Part shown: in pieces, positions 38,252 through 47,412 of the stretch
Layout: each line of letters starts with the position of its first letter
Position numbering within the stretch: the first letter of the stretch is position 1
Origin: Thermoanaerobaculia bacterium
Lineage (GTDB): Bacteria; Acidobacteriota; Thermoanaerobaculia; Multivoradales; UBA5704
Reading direction: 5' to 3'
Length of the DNA: 64,000 nt
NCBI GenBank assembly: GCA_035637095.1
Contig: DASPXX010000232.1
Location: 1,741-65,740, forward strand
Position numbers and translations under genes: made by a program
The notes under the pieces: generated by a model
Databases searched by the model: none
What the model saw: only the letters and a program-made list of their open reading frames with translations
What the model was told of the DNA's origin: nothing

Positions 38252-39189
38252 GCCGTTGCCTCCACACAGAAGGCCGAGGTCGAGGAGATCGAATCGGTGA
38301 GCAGGAAGACGAGGTCGCCGGCCGTCAGGCCGCCCGAATCCGCGAGATCGTTCAGGTTGATCAAGAGGTCGCCGGCCACGGCGTGGGCCAGCCGCGGGAT
38401 GTTGGCGTAGAAGCCCAGGGCGTGCGGAAAGCCGCTCAGGCTCACGAACGTCCTGGCGATCTCCCGGTTGTAGTTGTTGGTGATCACCCGGCGGATCCGC
38501 GCGGGCTCCAGATCCAGCTCCGCCAGGAGCCGCTTCGCCACGGTGCGGATGTTGCGGAACTTCCCCATCTCCATCTGCAGGTTCCCGGGCCGCGCCACCT
38601 CGGCGAGCTCCCGCTGCTCCGGAGCGTTCTCCTGGACGATCCCCAGGATGTCGAACGCCCCGGTCCCGGGCCGCGCCACCAGGCAGCTCACCGCGGAGTC
38701 GCTCCGCACCGACATCTCCGGCCGCATCCGCCTCCCGCCGGGCCGCCGCGGCGCCTTGTCGACGCTCACCACCATCACGTGGCGGGCGGCGCCGGAGCCG
38801 ACCAGCGCCGATGCGACCCGCAGGCCGGTCACCAGGTTCGCGCACTGCGAGAGGGCGAGGCCGATCGGATAGGCTGCGGTCAAGCCCGTCGCACGCAGCA
38901 GCTCGTTCACCTCGTCCGCGTTGACCACCTCGTCGCGCTCGTGGCTCTCGCCCAGATAGAGAAGGTAGTCGACCGCGCTCCCCTCGACGCCCGCGAGCTC
39001 CAACGTCCGCCGCGCGCTGGCGATGGCCAGGTCCACCGAGCGGAGGTCCGACTCGGCGTAGCGCTCCAGCCCCGCCAGCCGGTAGAGCTCCAGCGCCTCC
39101 GGATCGGCGCTCAGGAAGTCGATCGCGTCGATCGGCTTGAGCTCCCCGAGCTCGCTCGCGATGCCCAGGATCGCGCCCAGCCGCTCCAT
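38248..39189 (-). CDS. KASIII (FabH)-like thiolase-fold enzyme
   Basis: Active-site-like GLALSQCANLV, overall FabH/DpsC-like length and layout. His/Asn positions are atypical (TNNYN). Confidence 0.65.
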   Translation of the reverse strand: MERLGAILGIASELGELKPIDAIDFLSADPEALELYRLAGLERYAESDLRSVDLAIASARRTLELAGVEGSAVDYLLYLGESHERDEVVNADEVNELLRATGLTAAYPIGLALSQCANLVTGLRVASALVGSGAARHVMVVSVDKAPRRPGGRRMRPEMSVRSDSAVSCLVARPGTGAFDILGIVQENAPEQRELAEVARPGNLQMEMGKFRNIRTVAKRLLAELDLEPARIRRVITNNYNREIARTFVSLSGFPHALGFYANIPRLAHAVAGDLLINLNDLADSGGLTAGDLVFLLTDSISSTSAFCVEATA

Positions 39190-40233
39190 CTACGGGTCCC
39201 CCTCGCGCCGGCGGTGGTTCTCGATCGCCTCATAGGTCCCGCCGAAGATGTAGCGGCGCACCGCCTCCTGCCGTAGGTAGTCGTGGGGGAAGCCCAGCTC
39301 GATCCGGGTCGCGCGGTCGAGGCTCCGGACGTCGCCGTCGGAGAGCCCGACCTCCAGGCACCTGAGGTTCTCCCGCAGCTGCTCCGCCGTCCGCGCGCCG
39401 AACACCGGGATCAACCGCCGGCGGCGCAACCAGTTGAGCGCCACGTGCGCCGGGCTGCACCCGAGCCGCCCGGCGATCCGCACCACCCGCCGGGCGATCC
39501 CCTGGCTCCGCCGGTTGAGCCGCGGCGTTCCGGGCTTGAGCGCCAGCCGCCCGATCTCCGGCTGCGGAAGCAGGTACTTCCCCGTGAGCGCGCCGCCGGC
39601 CAGCGGACCCCAGACCGTCACGCCGACGTCGAACGCCTCGGCCATCGGCAGGAGGTCGCGGTCCGCCGTCCGCTGCAGCAGGTTGTACTCGACCTGGAGG
39701 CCGACGAACGGCGTCCACCCGCGCACCTCCGCCAGCGTGTTGGCTCCGGCGACGACCCAGGCGGGCGTGTTGGAGATCCCCAGGTAGAGCACCTTGCCGG
39801 CGCGGACGAGGTCGTCGAGCGCGCGCATCACCTCCTCGACCGGGGTCATGAAGTCCCAGTCGTGGACGTACAGGAGGTCGACGTACTCGGTCCGCAGCCG
39901 CCGCAGGCTCCCCTCGACCGACTGCACCAGGTTCTTCCGGTGGTTGCCGCCGCTGTTGGGATCGCCCGGCCGGTCGTGCAGGGTGTACTTGGTGGCGAGG
40001 ACGACCTCCAGGCGGACCGGCTTCGCCAGCTCGCCGAGGTACTCCTCGCTCCGCCCTCCGCCGTAAAGGTTGGCCGTATCGAAGAAGTTCCCCCCGGCCT
40101 CGCGAAAGGCGTGGAAGATGCGCTCGCTCTCGGCGCGGTCGGCTCCATAGCCCGAGTCCTCACCGAAGGTCATGGTCCCGAGGCAGAGCTCCGAGACGCG
40201 AAGGCCGCTCCTGCCCAGCAGCTTGTACTTCAT
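39190..40233 (-). CDS. Aldo/keto reductase
   Basis: MKYKLLGRSGLRVSELCLGTMTFG, FFDTANLYGGGRSEEYLG, YVDLLYVHDWD, GISNTPAW. Confidence 0.9.
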   Translation of the reverse strand: MKYKLLGRSGLRVSELCLGTMTFGEDSGYGADRAESERIFHAFREAGGNFFDTANLYGGGRSEEYLGELAKPVRLEVVLATKYTLHDRPGDPNSGGNHRKNLVQSVEGSLRRLRTEYVDLLYVHDWDFMTPVEEVMRALDDLVRAGKVLYLGISNTPAWVVAGANTLAEVRGWTPFVGLQVEYNLLQRTADRDLLPMAEAFDVGVTVWGPLAGGALTGKYLLPQPEIGRLALKPGTPRLNRRSQGIARRVVRIAGRLGCSPAHVALNWLRRRRLIPVFGARTAEQLRENLRCLEVGLSDGDVRSLDRATRIELGFPHDYLRQEAVRRYIFGGTYEAIENHRRREGDP

Positions 40234-40283
40234 CCGGCGCGCAGCCCCTCTCCTTCCAAGCTTTCGCCGTATAGTATTCAGGC

Positions 40284-42449
40284 TTGATCGGCGACGCAAG
40301 CAACGCCCGCGGTCTTGTGGATTCCGGCTGGTCGGTGCGCAGCGCCACGCCCGGCCGGGTCCGCCTGCGCCATCCGCTCCTCGCCCGCTCGAAGACCGCC
40401 GCCGACCACGTCGAGCGCGCGCTCTTCGATTCCGGCGAGGTCGTCCATTACTCGATCAACCCCCTCACCGCGAGCGTCCTGATCCGCCACGACGGGCGGC
40501 TCGGACCGCAGGACTTTCTGAGCCGTCTGAGCCTCGCCCTGGAGACCGCGCTCGCCGAGCGCCGCGGCAAGGGGCTCGACCCGGCACCGCCCAAGCTCGC
40601 CCGCGCCGGCTTCCAGCTCACATTCTCCAGCACCGCCCTCACGCTCTCGGTGCTCGCCCTCTCGAACCCGGTCCTCGCCCCGGCCTCCTGGGTGGTCACG
40701 GCGCTCGCCTCCAGCCACATCTTCGTCCAGGCGTTCGCGGCCCTCTTCAAAGAGAGGAAGATCCGGGTTGACGTCCTCGATGCCACGGTGATCAGCCTGG
40801 CGCTCGGCTACGGCAAGGTCTTCGCCAGCGCCTTCATGGTCTGGGCCGTCGACCTGGGCGACGTGCTGCTGGAGAAGTCGATGCGCTCCTCGCGGCTCCG
40901 GCTGTCGGAGATCTTCGGCAAGGACGTGCGCAAGGCCAGGAAGCTCGTCGACGGCGAGGAGGTCGAGTGGGACGTCGCGCGCCTCGCCCCCGGCGACCGG
41001 ATCGTCGTGCGCTCCGGCGAGCCGATCCCGGTCGACGGCGCCGTCCTCTCCGGCGAGGCGATGGTCGACCAGCACGTGCTCACCGGCGAGTTCGCGCCGG
41101 TCGAAAGGGCGCCGGGCGAGGAGGTGCTGGCGAAGACCCTGGTGCTCGCCGGCAAGATCACCGTCGAGGTGCGGCAGGCCGGAGCCGAGACCAAGGCCGT
41201 CCAGATCGTGCGGATCATCGAGGGCTCCCTGGAGCAGAAGGTGCGGCTGCAATCGATGGCCGAGGACTTCGCCGACCGCATGGTCCTCCCCACCCTCGGC
41301 CTCGGCGGCCTCGGCCACGCGCTCTCCGGACCGGGCGCGATGATGGCCGTGATCAACGCCGACTTCGGCACCGGCGTCCGCATCGCCGCGCCCGCGGCCC
41401 TCCTCGCGGCCCTCTCGCGGGCGGCGAAGAACGGCATCCTGGTCAAGAACGGCTCCATCCTCGAATCGCTCCACCAGGTGGACGCCCTGATCTTCGACAA
41501 GACCGGCACCCTCACCGACGAGGTCCCCGTGGTCGCCGCGGTCGTCCCCTGCGATCCGGCCTTCGACGAGGACCGGGTCCTCGCCTACGCCGCCTGCGCC
41601 GAGCAGCGCTTCAGCCATCCGATCGCGAGGGCCATCCTCGGCCGGGCGCACGAGGTGGGCCTGCCGCTGCCGCCCGCGGACGAGTCGAGCTATCAGATAG
41701 GAATGGGGATCGAGGTGGTGATCGAAGGCGAGCCGGTCCTGGTGGGGAGCCGGCGCTTCATGGAGCGCTCCGGCATCGCCACGGAGGAGATTGCGGAGCA
41801 CCTGGACCTCCTCGGAGAGGCCGGCAGCTCGGCGGTCTTCGTCGCGGTCGCCGGGAGGCTCGCCGGCCTGATCGAGCTCGCCGCCTCACCCCGGCCGGAA
41901 ACCCACGACATCGTCCGCCGCCTCATGGAGGTCCACGGCGTCAAGGAGGTCCATCTCCTCTCCGGGGACCAGGAAGCCGCCACCCGCAGCCTGGCGGACC
42001 GGCTGGGCATCCGCCACTACTCCGCGGAGGTCCTCCCCGCCCAGAAGGCCGAATGGGTCCGCCGCCTCCAGAGCCAGGGCCTCAAGGTCGCGATGGTCGG
42101 AGACGGCATCAACGACGCCGCGGCCTTGAGCCAGGCCGACTACTCGATCTCGCTCCGAGGAGCCGCGGACATCGCAACCGACGTAGCCGACGTGGTCTTC
42201 ATGGACGGCAGCCTCGCCCGTCTGGAGCTGCTCTTCGAGATCTCGCGAGACCTCCGCACCCGCGTCGAGAGGAGCATCTGGCTCACCTTCCTCCCCAACA
42301 CCGTCTGCATCACCGGAGCCCTCGCCGGCTACTTCGGCCTCGGCACCTCGCTCGTCTTGAACAACGTCTTCAACATGCTGGCGATCGGGAGCACGATGAT
42401 GCCGCAGAGGGATGGGGAATTGGAACGGCCTGCTACAATGGCCACATGA
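40284..42449 (+). CDS. P-type ATPase (P1B-like layout) lacking the CPC transmembrane metal motif, with cysteine-free HMA-like N-terminal domain
   Basis: DKTGTLT, LTGEFAP (TGE), MVGDGINDAAAL. Where P1B pumps have CPC it reads INADFGTGVRIAAP. N-terminus GRVRLRHPLL...NPLTASVLIRHD. Start TTG 40284 or GTG 40317. Confidence 0.9.
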   Translation: MIGDASNARGLVDSGWSVRSATPGRVRLRHPLLARSKTAADHVERALFDSGEVVHYSINPLTASVLIRHDGRLGPQDFLSRLSLALETALAERRGKGLDPAPPKLARAGFQLTFSSTALTLSVLALSNPVLAPASWVVTALASSHIFVQAFAALFKERKIRVDVLDATVISLALGYGKVFASAFMVWAVDLGDVLLEKSMRSSRLRLSEIFGKDVRKARKLVDGEEVEWDVARLAPGDRIVVRSGEPIPVDGAVLSGEAMVDQHVLTGEFAPVERAPGEEVLAKTLVLAGKITVEVRQAGAETKAVQIVRIIEGSLEQKVRLQSMAEDFADRMVLPTLGLGGLGHALSGPGAMMAVINADFGTGVRIAAPAALLAALSRAAKNGILVKNGSILESLHQVDALIFDKTGTLTDEVPVVAAVVPCDPAFDEDRVLAYAACAEQRFSHPIARAILGRAHEVGLPLPPADESSYQIGMGIEVVIEGEPVLVGSRRFMERSGIATEEIAEHLDLLGEAGSSAVFVAVAGRLAGLIELAASPRPETHDIVRRLMEVHGVKEVHLLSGDQEAATRSLADRLGIRHYSAEVLPAQKAEWVRRLQSQGLKVAMVGDGINDAAALSQADYSISLRGAADIATDVADVVFMDGSLARLELLFEISRDLRTRVERSIWLTFLPNTVCITGALAGYFGLGTSLVLNNVFNMLAIGSTMMPQRDGELERPATMAT

Positions 42450-42685
42450 GTACCGTCAGCCTCCAAGAGCTCCAACGGGATACAGGCGCCCTGCTGGACA
42501 GGGTTGAGGCCGGGGAACACGTCGTCGTCGTCCGCGGCGGCCGTCCGGTCGCCGAGCTGAGGCCCGTCCCCACGAGCCAGCCCGGCCCACGACCGTTCGG
42601 CCTCAGCGCCGGGGTGTTCACGGTCCCGGACGACTTCGACGACCCGCTGCCGGAGGAGATCCTGCGAGGGTTCGAAGGGCGATGA
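42446..42685 (+). CDS. Phd/YefM-type antitoxin
   Basis: MSTVSLQELQRDTGALLDRVEAGEHVVVVRGGRPVAEL. ATGA overlap with the ATPase stop and with the downstream PIN gene. Confidence 0.8.
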   Translation: MSTVSLQELQRDTGALLDRVEAGEHVVVVRGGRPVAELRPVPTSQPGPRPFGLSAGVFTVPDDFDDPLPEEILRGFEGR

Positions 42686-43074
42686 AGCTGCTCCTCGATA
42701 CCCACGTCTTCCTCTGGTACATCACCGCCGACCCCAAGCTCCCAGCTGCTTTCCGGGCCGCCGCCCAAGATCCCGCCAACGAGGTATATCTCAGCGTCGC
42801 TTCGATCTGGGAAGCAGTCATCAAGTACGGCCTCGGCAAGCTCCCGCTCCCGGCGCCTCCGGCCGACTATTTGCCGCATCAGCGGGACGCACACGGAATC
42901 GCAAGCTTGCCGGTCGACGAGGGAGCGATGGCCCACCTGGCTGGCCTGCCACCGCTCCACCGCGACCCGTTCGACCGCCTGCTGATCGCACAGGCGCTAC
43001 AATACGACTTGAAGGTTGCCACGGTCGATCCTGAATTTGCGTCCTACTCCGTTCCTCTACTTCCGACGGCATAG
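42682..43074 (+). CDS. PIN-domain toxin (VapC family)
   Basis: MKLLLDTHVFLWY...SVASIWEAVIK...HRDPFDRLLIAQA, the classic PIN acidic residues. Confidence 0.9.
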   Translation: MKLLLDTHVFLWYITADPKLPAAFRAAAQDPANEVYLSVASIWEAVIKYGLGKLPLPAPPADYLPHQRDAHGIASLPVDEGAMAHLAGLPPLHRDPFDRLLIAQALQYDLKVATVDPEFASYSVPLLPTA

Positions 43075-43132
43075 TGACGAACAGCCGAGTCCCTGCGCGC
43101 TCGGGATATGGCCGACAAGGAGCGAGGAAGGT

Positions 43133-43393
43133 ATGAACGCAAATAAAAAGGATGACCTGCCGCAGACGGCCTCGCTCGACGAGCTCGTGGAGTTTTTCGA
43201 CACGCACGACATGGGAGATTTGTGGGATCAGATGCCCGAGGCAGACTTCGACATCGAGCTGCGCCGCCGCAAACACCTGGTCGCTCTGGATGAAGATCTC
43301 GCACGCAAGGTCGCGAAGGTTGCGCACTCTCGCCACGTTTCCTCAGAGTCTCTGATCAACTCTCTCCTACGAGAAAAACTGGCCGGCACGTAG
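43133..43393 (+). CDS. BrnA/CopG-like ribbon-helix-helix antitoxin-family protein (no adjacent BrnT)
   Basis: SLDELVEFFDTHDMGDLWD...VALDEDLARKVAKVA. GAGGAAGG SD before ATG 43133. Confidence 0.6.
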   Translation: MNANKKDDLPQTASLDELVEFFDTHDMGDLWDQMPEADFDIELRRRKHLVALDEDLARKVAKVAHSRHVSSESLINSLLREKLAGT

Positions 43394-43490
43394 CCCTCGC
43401 TGGCGCCTTCGGCCTCGTGGCCGCCCGCCTCGAAGCGCTTCGCAGATCCGCTCATACAGCGCCTCGAAGCTCATCGCGGCATTACCAGCC

Positions 43491-43811
43491 TCACAGCTCG
43501 ATAGCCTCGAACTCAGCAAACAGCTGGCGCGTCTCGGCGAGCTGGGTGAGGGGTACGTAGTCGCAGGCAGCGGCGAACTCTCCCCACAGTGCCTGGACGG
43601 CCGGGTTCCCGTGGGCCAGCTGGACGGCCTCTGCCGAGCGCCACTCGAAGACCTCGACGATGGCGCCGTCTGCAGCGCGCATCACGTATGCATGCCTGTC
43701 CGTGACGAGCCGCTCGGTTTGCAGGACCTGCAGATGCTTCTTGACCGCGTCCAGAAGCTGCTGCTCCTTGCCAGCCTTCGGCTTGTACGCGACGATTACG
43801 AAACGGCCCAT
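43491..43811 (-). CDS. Small ABM/ferredoxin-like-fold protein (antibiotic biosynthesis monooxygenase-like)
   Basis: 106 aa, FVIVAYKPKAGKEQQLL...VEVFEWRSAEAVQLAH pattern. Family assignment is tentative. Confidence 0.5.
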   Translation of the reverse strand: MGRFVIVAYKPKAGKEQQLLDAVKKHLQVLQTERLVTDRHAYVMRAADGAIVEVFEWRSAEAVQLAHGNPAVQALWGEFAAACDYVPLTQLAETRQLFAEFEAIEL

Positions 43812-43839
43812 CGTTGCCTCCCTTCTGATTGTTTGCTGC

Positions 43840-44286
43840 TCACGGAGCCCCCTCCCCCTCCTCCATGTCCGGCCGCCAGGGGGCGACCTGGACGTTCTTG
43901 AAGCGGTCGAGCTGCACCTTGCCCGGAGGCAGGCCGCGGGGCTTGCTCACGTCCCCCGCCTGGCACATGTGGACCGAGACCCGTCCGCCCTTGCGCGCCT
44001 TCGAATAGCCGGCGGCGAGGGAGGCGGCGAACCGCTCGGTCTCCCGGGGAAGACGGTCGAGCCCCTCCGGGTTCCGTACGACGACGTGGGAGCCCGACTC
44101 TCCCGCCACGTGGAACCAGAAGTCGCGAGGTGAGGCAAGCTTCAGGGAGAGGACGTCGTTATCCGCGGCCGTCCGTCCGACCAGCACGGTCAGCCCGTCG
44201 GGCGAGACGAACCGGCGGGCGATGGAGCGCCCCTGCCACATCCCGTTTTCGGGATCGGGCGGCGGCGGAGGGGCCTTCCTCGTCAT
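43840..44286 (-). CDS. NFACT RNA-binding (DUF814) domain protein
   Basis: VLVGRTAADNDVLSL..ASPRDFWFHVAGESGSHVVV signature. Confidence 0.8.
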   Translation of the reverse strand: MTRKAPPPPPDPENGMWQGRSIARRFVSPDGLTVLVGRTAADNDVLSLKLASPRDFWFHVAGESGSHVVVRNPEGLDRLPRETERFAASLAAGYSKARKGGRVSVHMCQAGDVSKPRGLPPGKVQLDRFKNVQVAPWRPDMEEGEGAP

Positions 44287-44523
44287 GGGGGGAATCTATC
44301 AGGAGTCCCTCACCCCGGCCCCTCAGCAAACGCAACACCTCTTGGAATGGCCGCCTTCCCGTCGGAACGGGTGGCCGCAATCACGAATGGGTGGGCGCCT
44401 GCATTTCGGAATCCCTGGCCGGCTTCGCTCGGAATATGCATTGTGACCGGAACCGTTTTCTCGAAATGAAAACGCAGACATCCGTCAATCGAGTGAAGCA
44501 GTCACCCAAGAAGGGAGATCTCC

Positions 44524-45009
44524 ATGATCCGCAGGAGCTTGTTTATTGTCTTCGCCATCCTGGTCGCCATGCCTGCCCTGGCGCTGACTCCGCCGTGGAC
44601 AGCCGCCGGCACGACCGCGGTGATCGACGAGAGCTCGGTTCCCTTGTATGCCCTGACCCCGCCCTACCTCGGCTACAACGCCACCAGCGTCGGCTTGATC
44701 ACCGCGTACTTCAATGTGACCGACACGACGGCCACCGCCTTCCCCGCCTGGAACACGCTGGAGCTCAGCTATTTCGACAACGCCCTTCCGAGCCAGGTCG
44801 CGGCCACCCTGTTCCGCCTCGACAAGTGCAACGGCACCGCGGTCGCCCTGTGCACCGTCACCAGCGTCGACGCCTCCACCACCACCTGCAATCGGTGCAG
44901 ATTCACCCAGCTGATCGACTTCACACTGTACGACTATTACATCGCCGCGACCCTCTACCGCAACAACAACACCGTATCGCCGAAGCTCTATGGTTTGAGG
45001 CTCTTCTGA
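44524..45009 (+). CDS. Secreted hypothetical protein (161 aa)
   Basis: AAGGGAG SD. Signal peptide MIRRSLFIVFAILVAMPALA. Thr/Asn-rich mature part with 4 Cys. Locally lower GC. Confidence 0.7.
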   Translation: MIRRSLFIVFAILVAMPALALTPPWTAAGTTAVIDESSVPLYALTPPYLGYNATSVGLITAYFNVTDTTATAFPAWNTLELSYFDNALPSQVAATLFRLDKCNGTAVALCTVTSVDASTTTCNRCRFTQLIDFTLYDYYIAATLYRNNNTVSPKLYGLRLF

Positions 45010-45186
45010 GGCGGTTGAGTCCCATCACTCCCCTGGCGGCGTGCATCACTCAGGTGCCGAGGGAGTGATGCACGGGCCGGCGGCAGTGTCGCAGCTCGCG
45101 AGGGGAGCGTTGCGGGAGGGGAGAAAAACAGAGGGAGGCAAGCAATCTGCGATAAGATCTTCTCGTCCACCTCCAAAGGAGCCCCT

Positions 45187-47385
45187 GTGACCCCATCCTC
45201 CGCCCTTCTCCGCCGCCGGCTCGGCCGCGTTGCGATCCTCGTTGTGTCCGCCTTCGCCGGGAGCTTCGCTCTCTGGGCGTGCGGTCCGTTCTTCCCTCGC
45301 TGGCTGCTCGGCCCCGAGCAGCTGCTGGTTCCGGCTCCCGAGGGGCTGCTCCGCCATGAGATCGGCCGCTTGAAGCTGGCGTCGGGGCCGTCCGCCGTGC
45401 CGGCCGAGAATCCGTGGCAGCAGACGTCCGAGGTCGACGTGGCCGACTTGCGGAAGGCTCTCGATGCGGCCAAGGTCCCGGCCGGGCGCCGCGAGGGCTT
45501 GGTCGAGAGCTATTCGAAGGTGCGTGCGGCCCTGGCGCAGTACGCCGCGGGAACCGTCGTGTTCGAGAACGTCTCCGAGCCGCTCTATCCCGAGGCGGAG
45601 ATGGGCGGCGAGGAGGCCGCCGCGCCGCCGGTCCTGCCGCGGGGCCTCACGGTTCCGGAGGGGCTTCCGGGCGAGCTCGCCGGCTATCTGCAGGGGGCCA
45701 TCGCCTATCACCGGGGGAATCTCGACGCCGCGATCTCCTCCTGGGAAAAGCTGTTGCAGCGCCCCGAGGCGGAGCGCCGGTTCCGCTCCACCTGGGCGGC
45801 GTTCATGCTCGGGAAGACGCATCTGCGCGCCAAGCGGCCGGCGGAGGCGGTGCGCTGGCTCGAACGCACCCGCGAGATCGCCGGGCAGAAAGGCTTCGAG
45901 GACAGCCTCGGCCTCGCCGCCGCCAGTCTCGGGTGGGAGGCCCGCGCCGAGCGCGATCTCGGGCATTACGACAAGGCGCTCGTGCTCTATGCCCGCCAGG
46001 CGCGGGACGGCGACCACACGGCCTTGAGCTCGGTCCAGCTCGTGGCCCGTCAGGCCTTCAAAGCCGGTCCCGACGCTCTCGCGTCCATCGCCCGCTCGGC
46101 CGAGGCGCGGGGCGTGCTCACCGCGTTCCTGGTGTCCGATGCCAGCGCGCCCTGGGATCTGGAGGGGCTCGTGGAGCCCGACGAGGCCGCCGATCCGGAC
46201 GCGCCGAAGATCCCGCATCCCGGCGGGGACGCCTGGCTCGCCGCGCTCAACAAGGCCGGGATCAAGGTCGTCGAAGGGGCCGAGCGGATCGGTTGGGCGG
46301 CCTATCAGGCGGGCAACTTCGCGGCGGCCCGGCAGTGGCTCGACCGCGCGCCGGCGGATGGGCCCATGACGCGCTGGATCCGCGCCAAGCTGCTGCTGCG
46401 CGACGGCAAGCTGGCCGAAGCGCAAAAGCTTCTGGATCAGGCGGCGGCCACCCTCCCCGATCCGCAATTGACCGAGAACGAGCTCTACTTCCACAGCGAC
46501 GGCGAGACGGGCGGCAAGATCGCCACGCCTTCCCTGGCCGGCGGCGAGTCGGCGGCGCTCCTCACCACCGAGGGGAAGTACACCGAGGCTCTCGACCGGT
46601 TCCTCAAGAGCGGTTTCTGGGTGGACGCCGCGCACCTGGCCGAGCAGGTCCTCACCGTGGAGGAGCTCAAAGCGTACGTCGACGCCCACTGGCCGGCCAG
46701 TCTCGTCAAGGACGTCCCCGAAGACCCGGAGTACCACGAGGGGCTCCAGGCCGCGCCGTCGAACGTGGCGGCCCGGGACATCCGCTACCTCCTCGGCCGG
46801 CGTCTCGTGCGCGCCGGGCGGTACGACGAGGCGAAGCCGTATCTTGCTGAATCGATGGAGGCGCCGCTCAACGCCTTCACGACGGCTCTGCGCCAGGGGC
46901 AGGACGCCGGCCAGCCGGCCGATCCGCGGGCCGCGGCGCTCTTCCGCGCCGCCTGCGTCGCGCGCAAGCAGGGCCTGGAGCTGATGGGGACGGAGCTCGA
47001 TCCCGACTGGTTCCTCCTCGAAGGGGAGTATGAGATGACGGACTTCCCGGACCAGATGAAGGGGCGCGGCGAAAACCAGCACCTGAAGCCCGGACCCGGC
47101 GAGCTCCAGCAGATGGAGCAGAACCGTCCGGACCCCGACAAGCGGTTCCACTACCGCTACCGCGCCGCCGCGCTCGCCTGGGACGCCGCCGGCCTCCTCC
47201 CCGACGGCTCGGACCAGAAGGCGCGCATCCTCGCCACCGCCGGCACCTGGTTGAAGACCCGCGACGCCGACGCGGCGCGGCCGTTCTACAAGGCGCTCCT
47301 CGACTGCTGCTCGGACACGAAGCTCGGACAGGCGGCCCAGCGCGCGCGGTGGTTCCCGGAGGTGCCGGAGTGCGAGCAGGAGTGA
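45187..47385 (+). CDS. Large hypothetical protein with N-terminal signal/possible lipobox and TPR-like helical repeats
   Basis: GTG 45187 after AAGGAG. VAILVVSAFAGSFALWAC. Repeated helical hairpins (GNLDAAISSWEKLL, GHYDKALVLYARQA, GNFAAARQWLDRA, GKLAEAQKLLDQA). Confidence 0.75.
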   Translation: MTPSSALLRRRLGRVAILVVSAFAGSFALWACGPFFPRWLLGPEQLLVPAPEGLLRHEIGRLKLASGPSAVPAENPWQQTSEVDVADLRKALDAAKVPAGRREGLVESYSKVRAALAQYAAGTVVFENVSEPLYPEAEMGGEEAAAPPVLPRGLTVPEGLPGELAGYLQGAIAYHRGNLDAAISSWEKLLQRPEAERRFRSTWAAFMLGKTHLRAKRPAEAVRWLERTREIAGQKGFEDSLGLAAASLGWEARAERDLGHYDKALVLYARQARDGDHTALSSVQLVARQAFKAGPDALASIARSAEARGVLTAFLVSDASAPWDLEGLVEPDEAADPDAPKIPHPGGDAWLAALNKAGIKVVEGAERIGWAAYQAGNFAAARQWLDRAPADGPMTRWIRAKLLLRDGKLAEAQKLLDQAAATLPDPQLTENELYFHSDGETGGKIATPSLAGGESAALLTTEGKYTEALDRFLKSGFWVDAAHLAEQVLTVEELKAYVDAHWPASLVKDVPEDPEYHEGLQAAPSNVAARDIRYLLGRRLVRAGRYDEAKPYLAESMEAPLNAFTTALRQGQDAGQPADPRAAALFRAACVARKQGLELMGTELDPDWFLLEGEYEMTDFPDQMKGRGENQHLKPGPGELQQMEQNRPDPDKRFHYRYRAAALAWDAAGLLPDGSDQKARILATAGTWLKTRDADAARPFYKALLDCCSDTKLGQAAQRARWFPEVPECEQE

Positions 47386-47412
47386 GATCGAGAATCCACC
47401 GGAAGGGCGCCC

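Noticed and set aside
40967-42685. 572-aa plus-strand ORF
   Set aside because: It is out of frame with the P-type ATPase for most of its length. Only the final 79 codons (42446..42685) form a recognisable Phd/YefM antitoxin with its own ATG.
45023-45071. Intrinsic terminator after the secreted-protein gene. CATCACTCCC at 45023 or GCATCACTC at 45043 can each pair with GGGAGTGATGC at 45061-45071.
   Set aside because: No U-tract follows the hairpin. The two mutually exclusive pairings are noted, but I cannot support a terminator or attenuator call from sequence alone.
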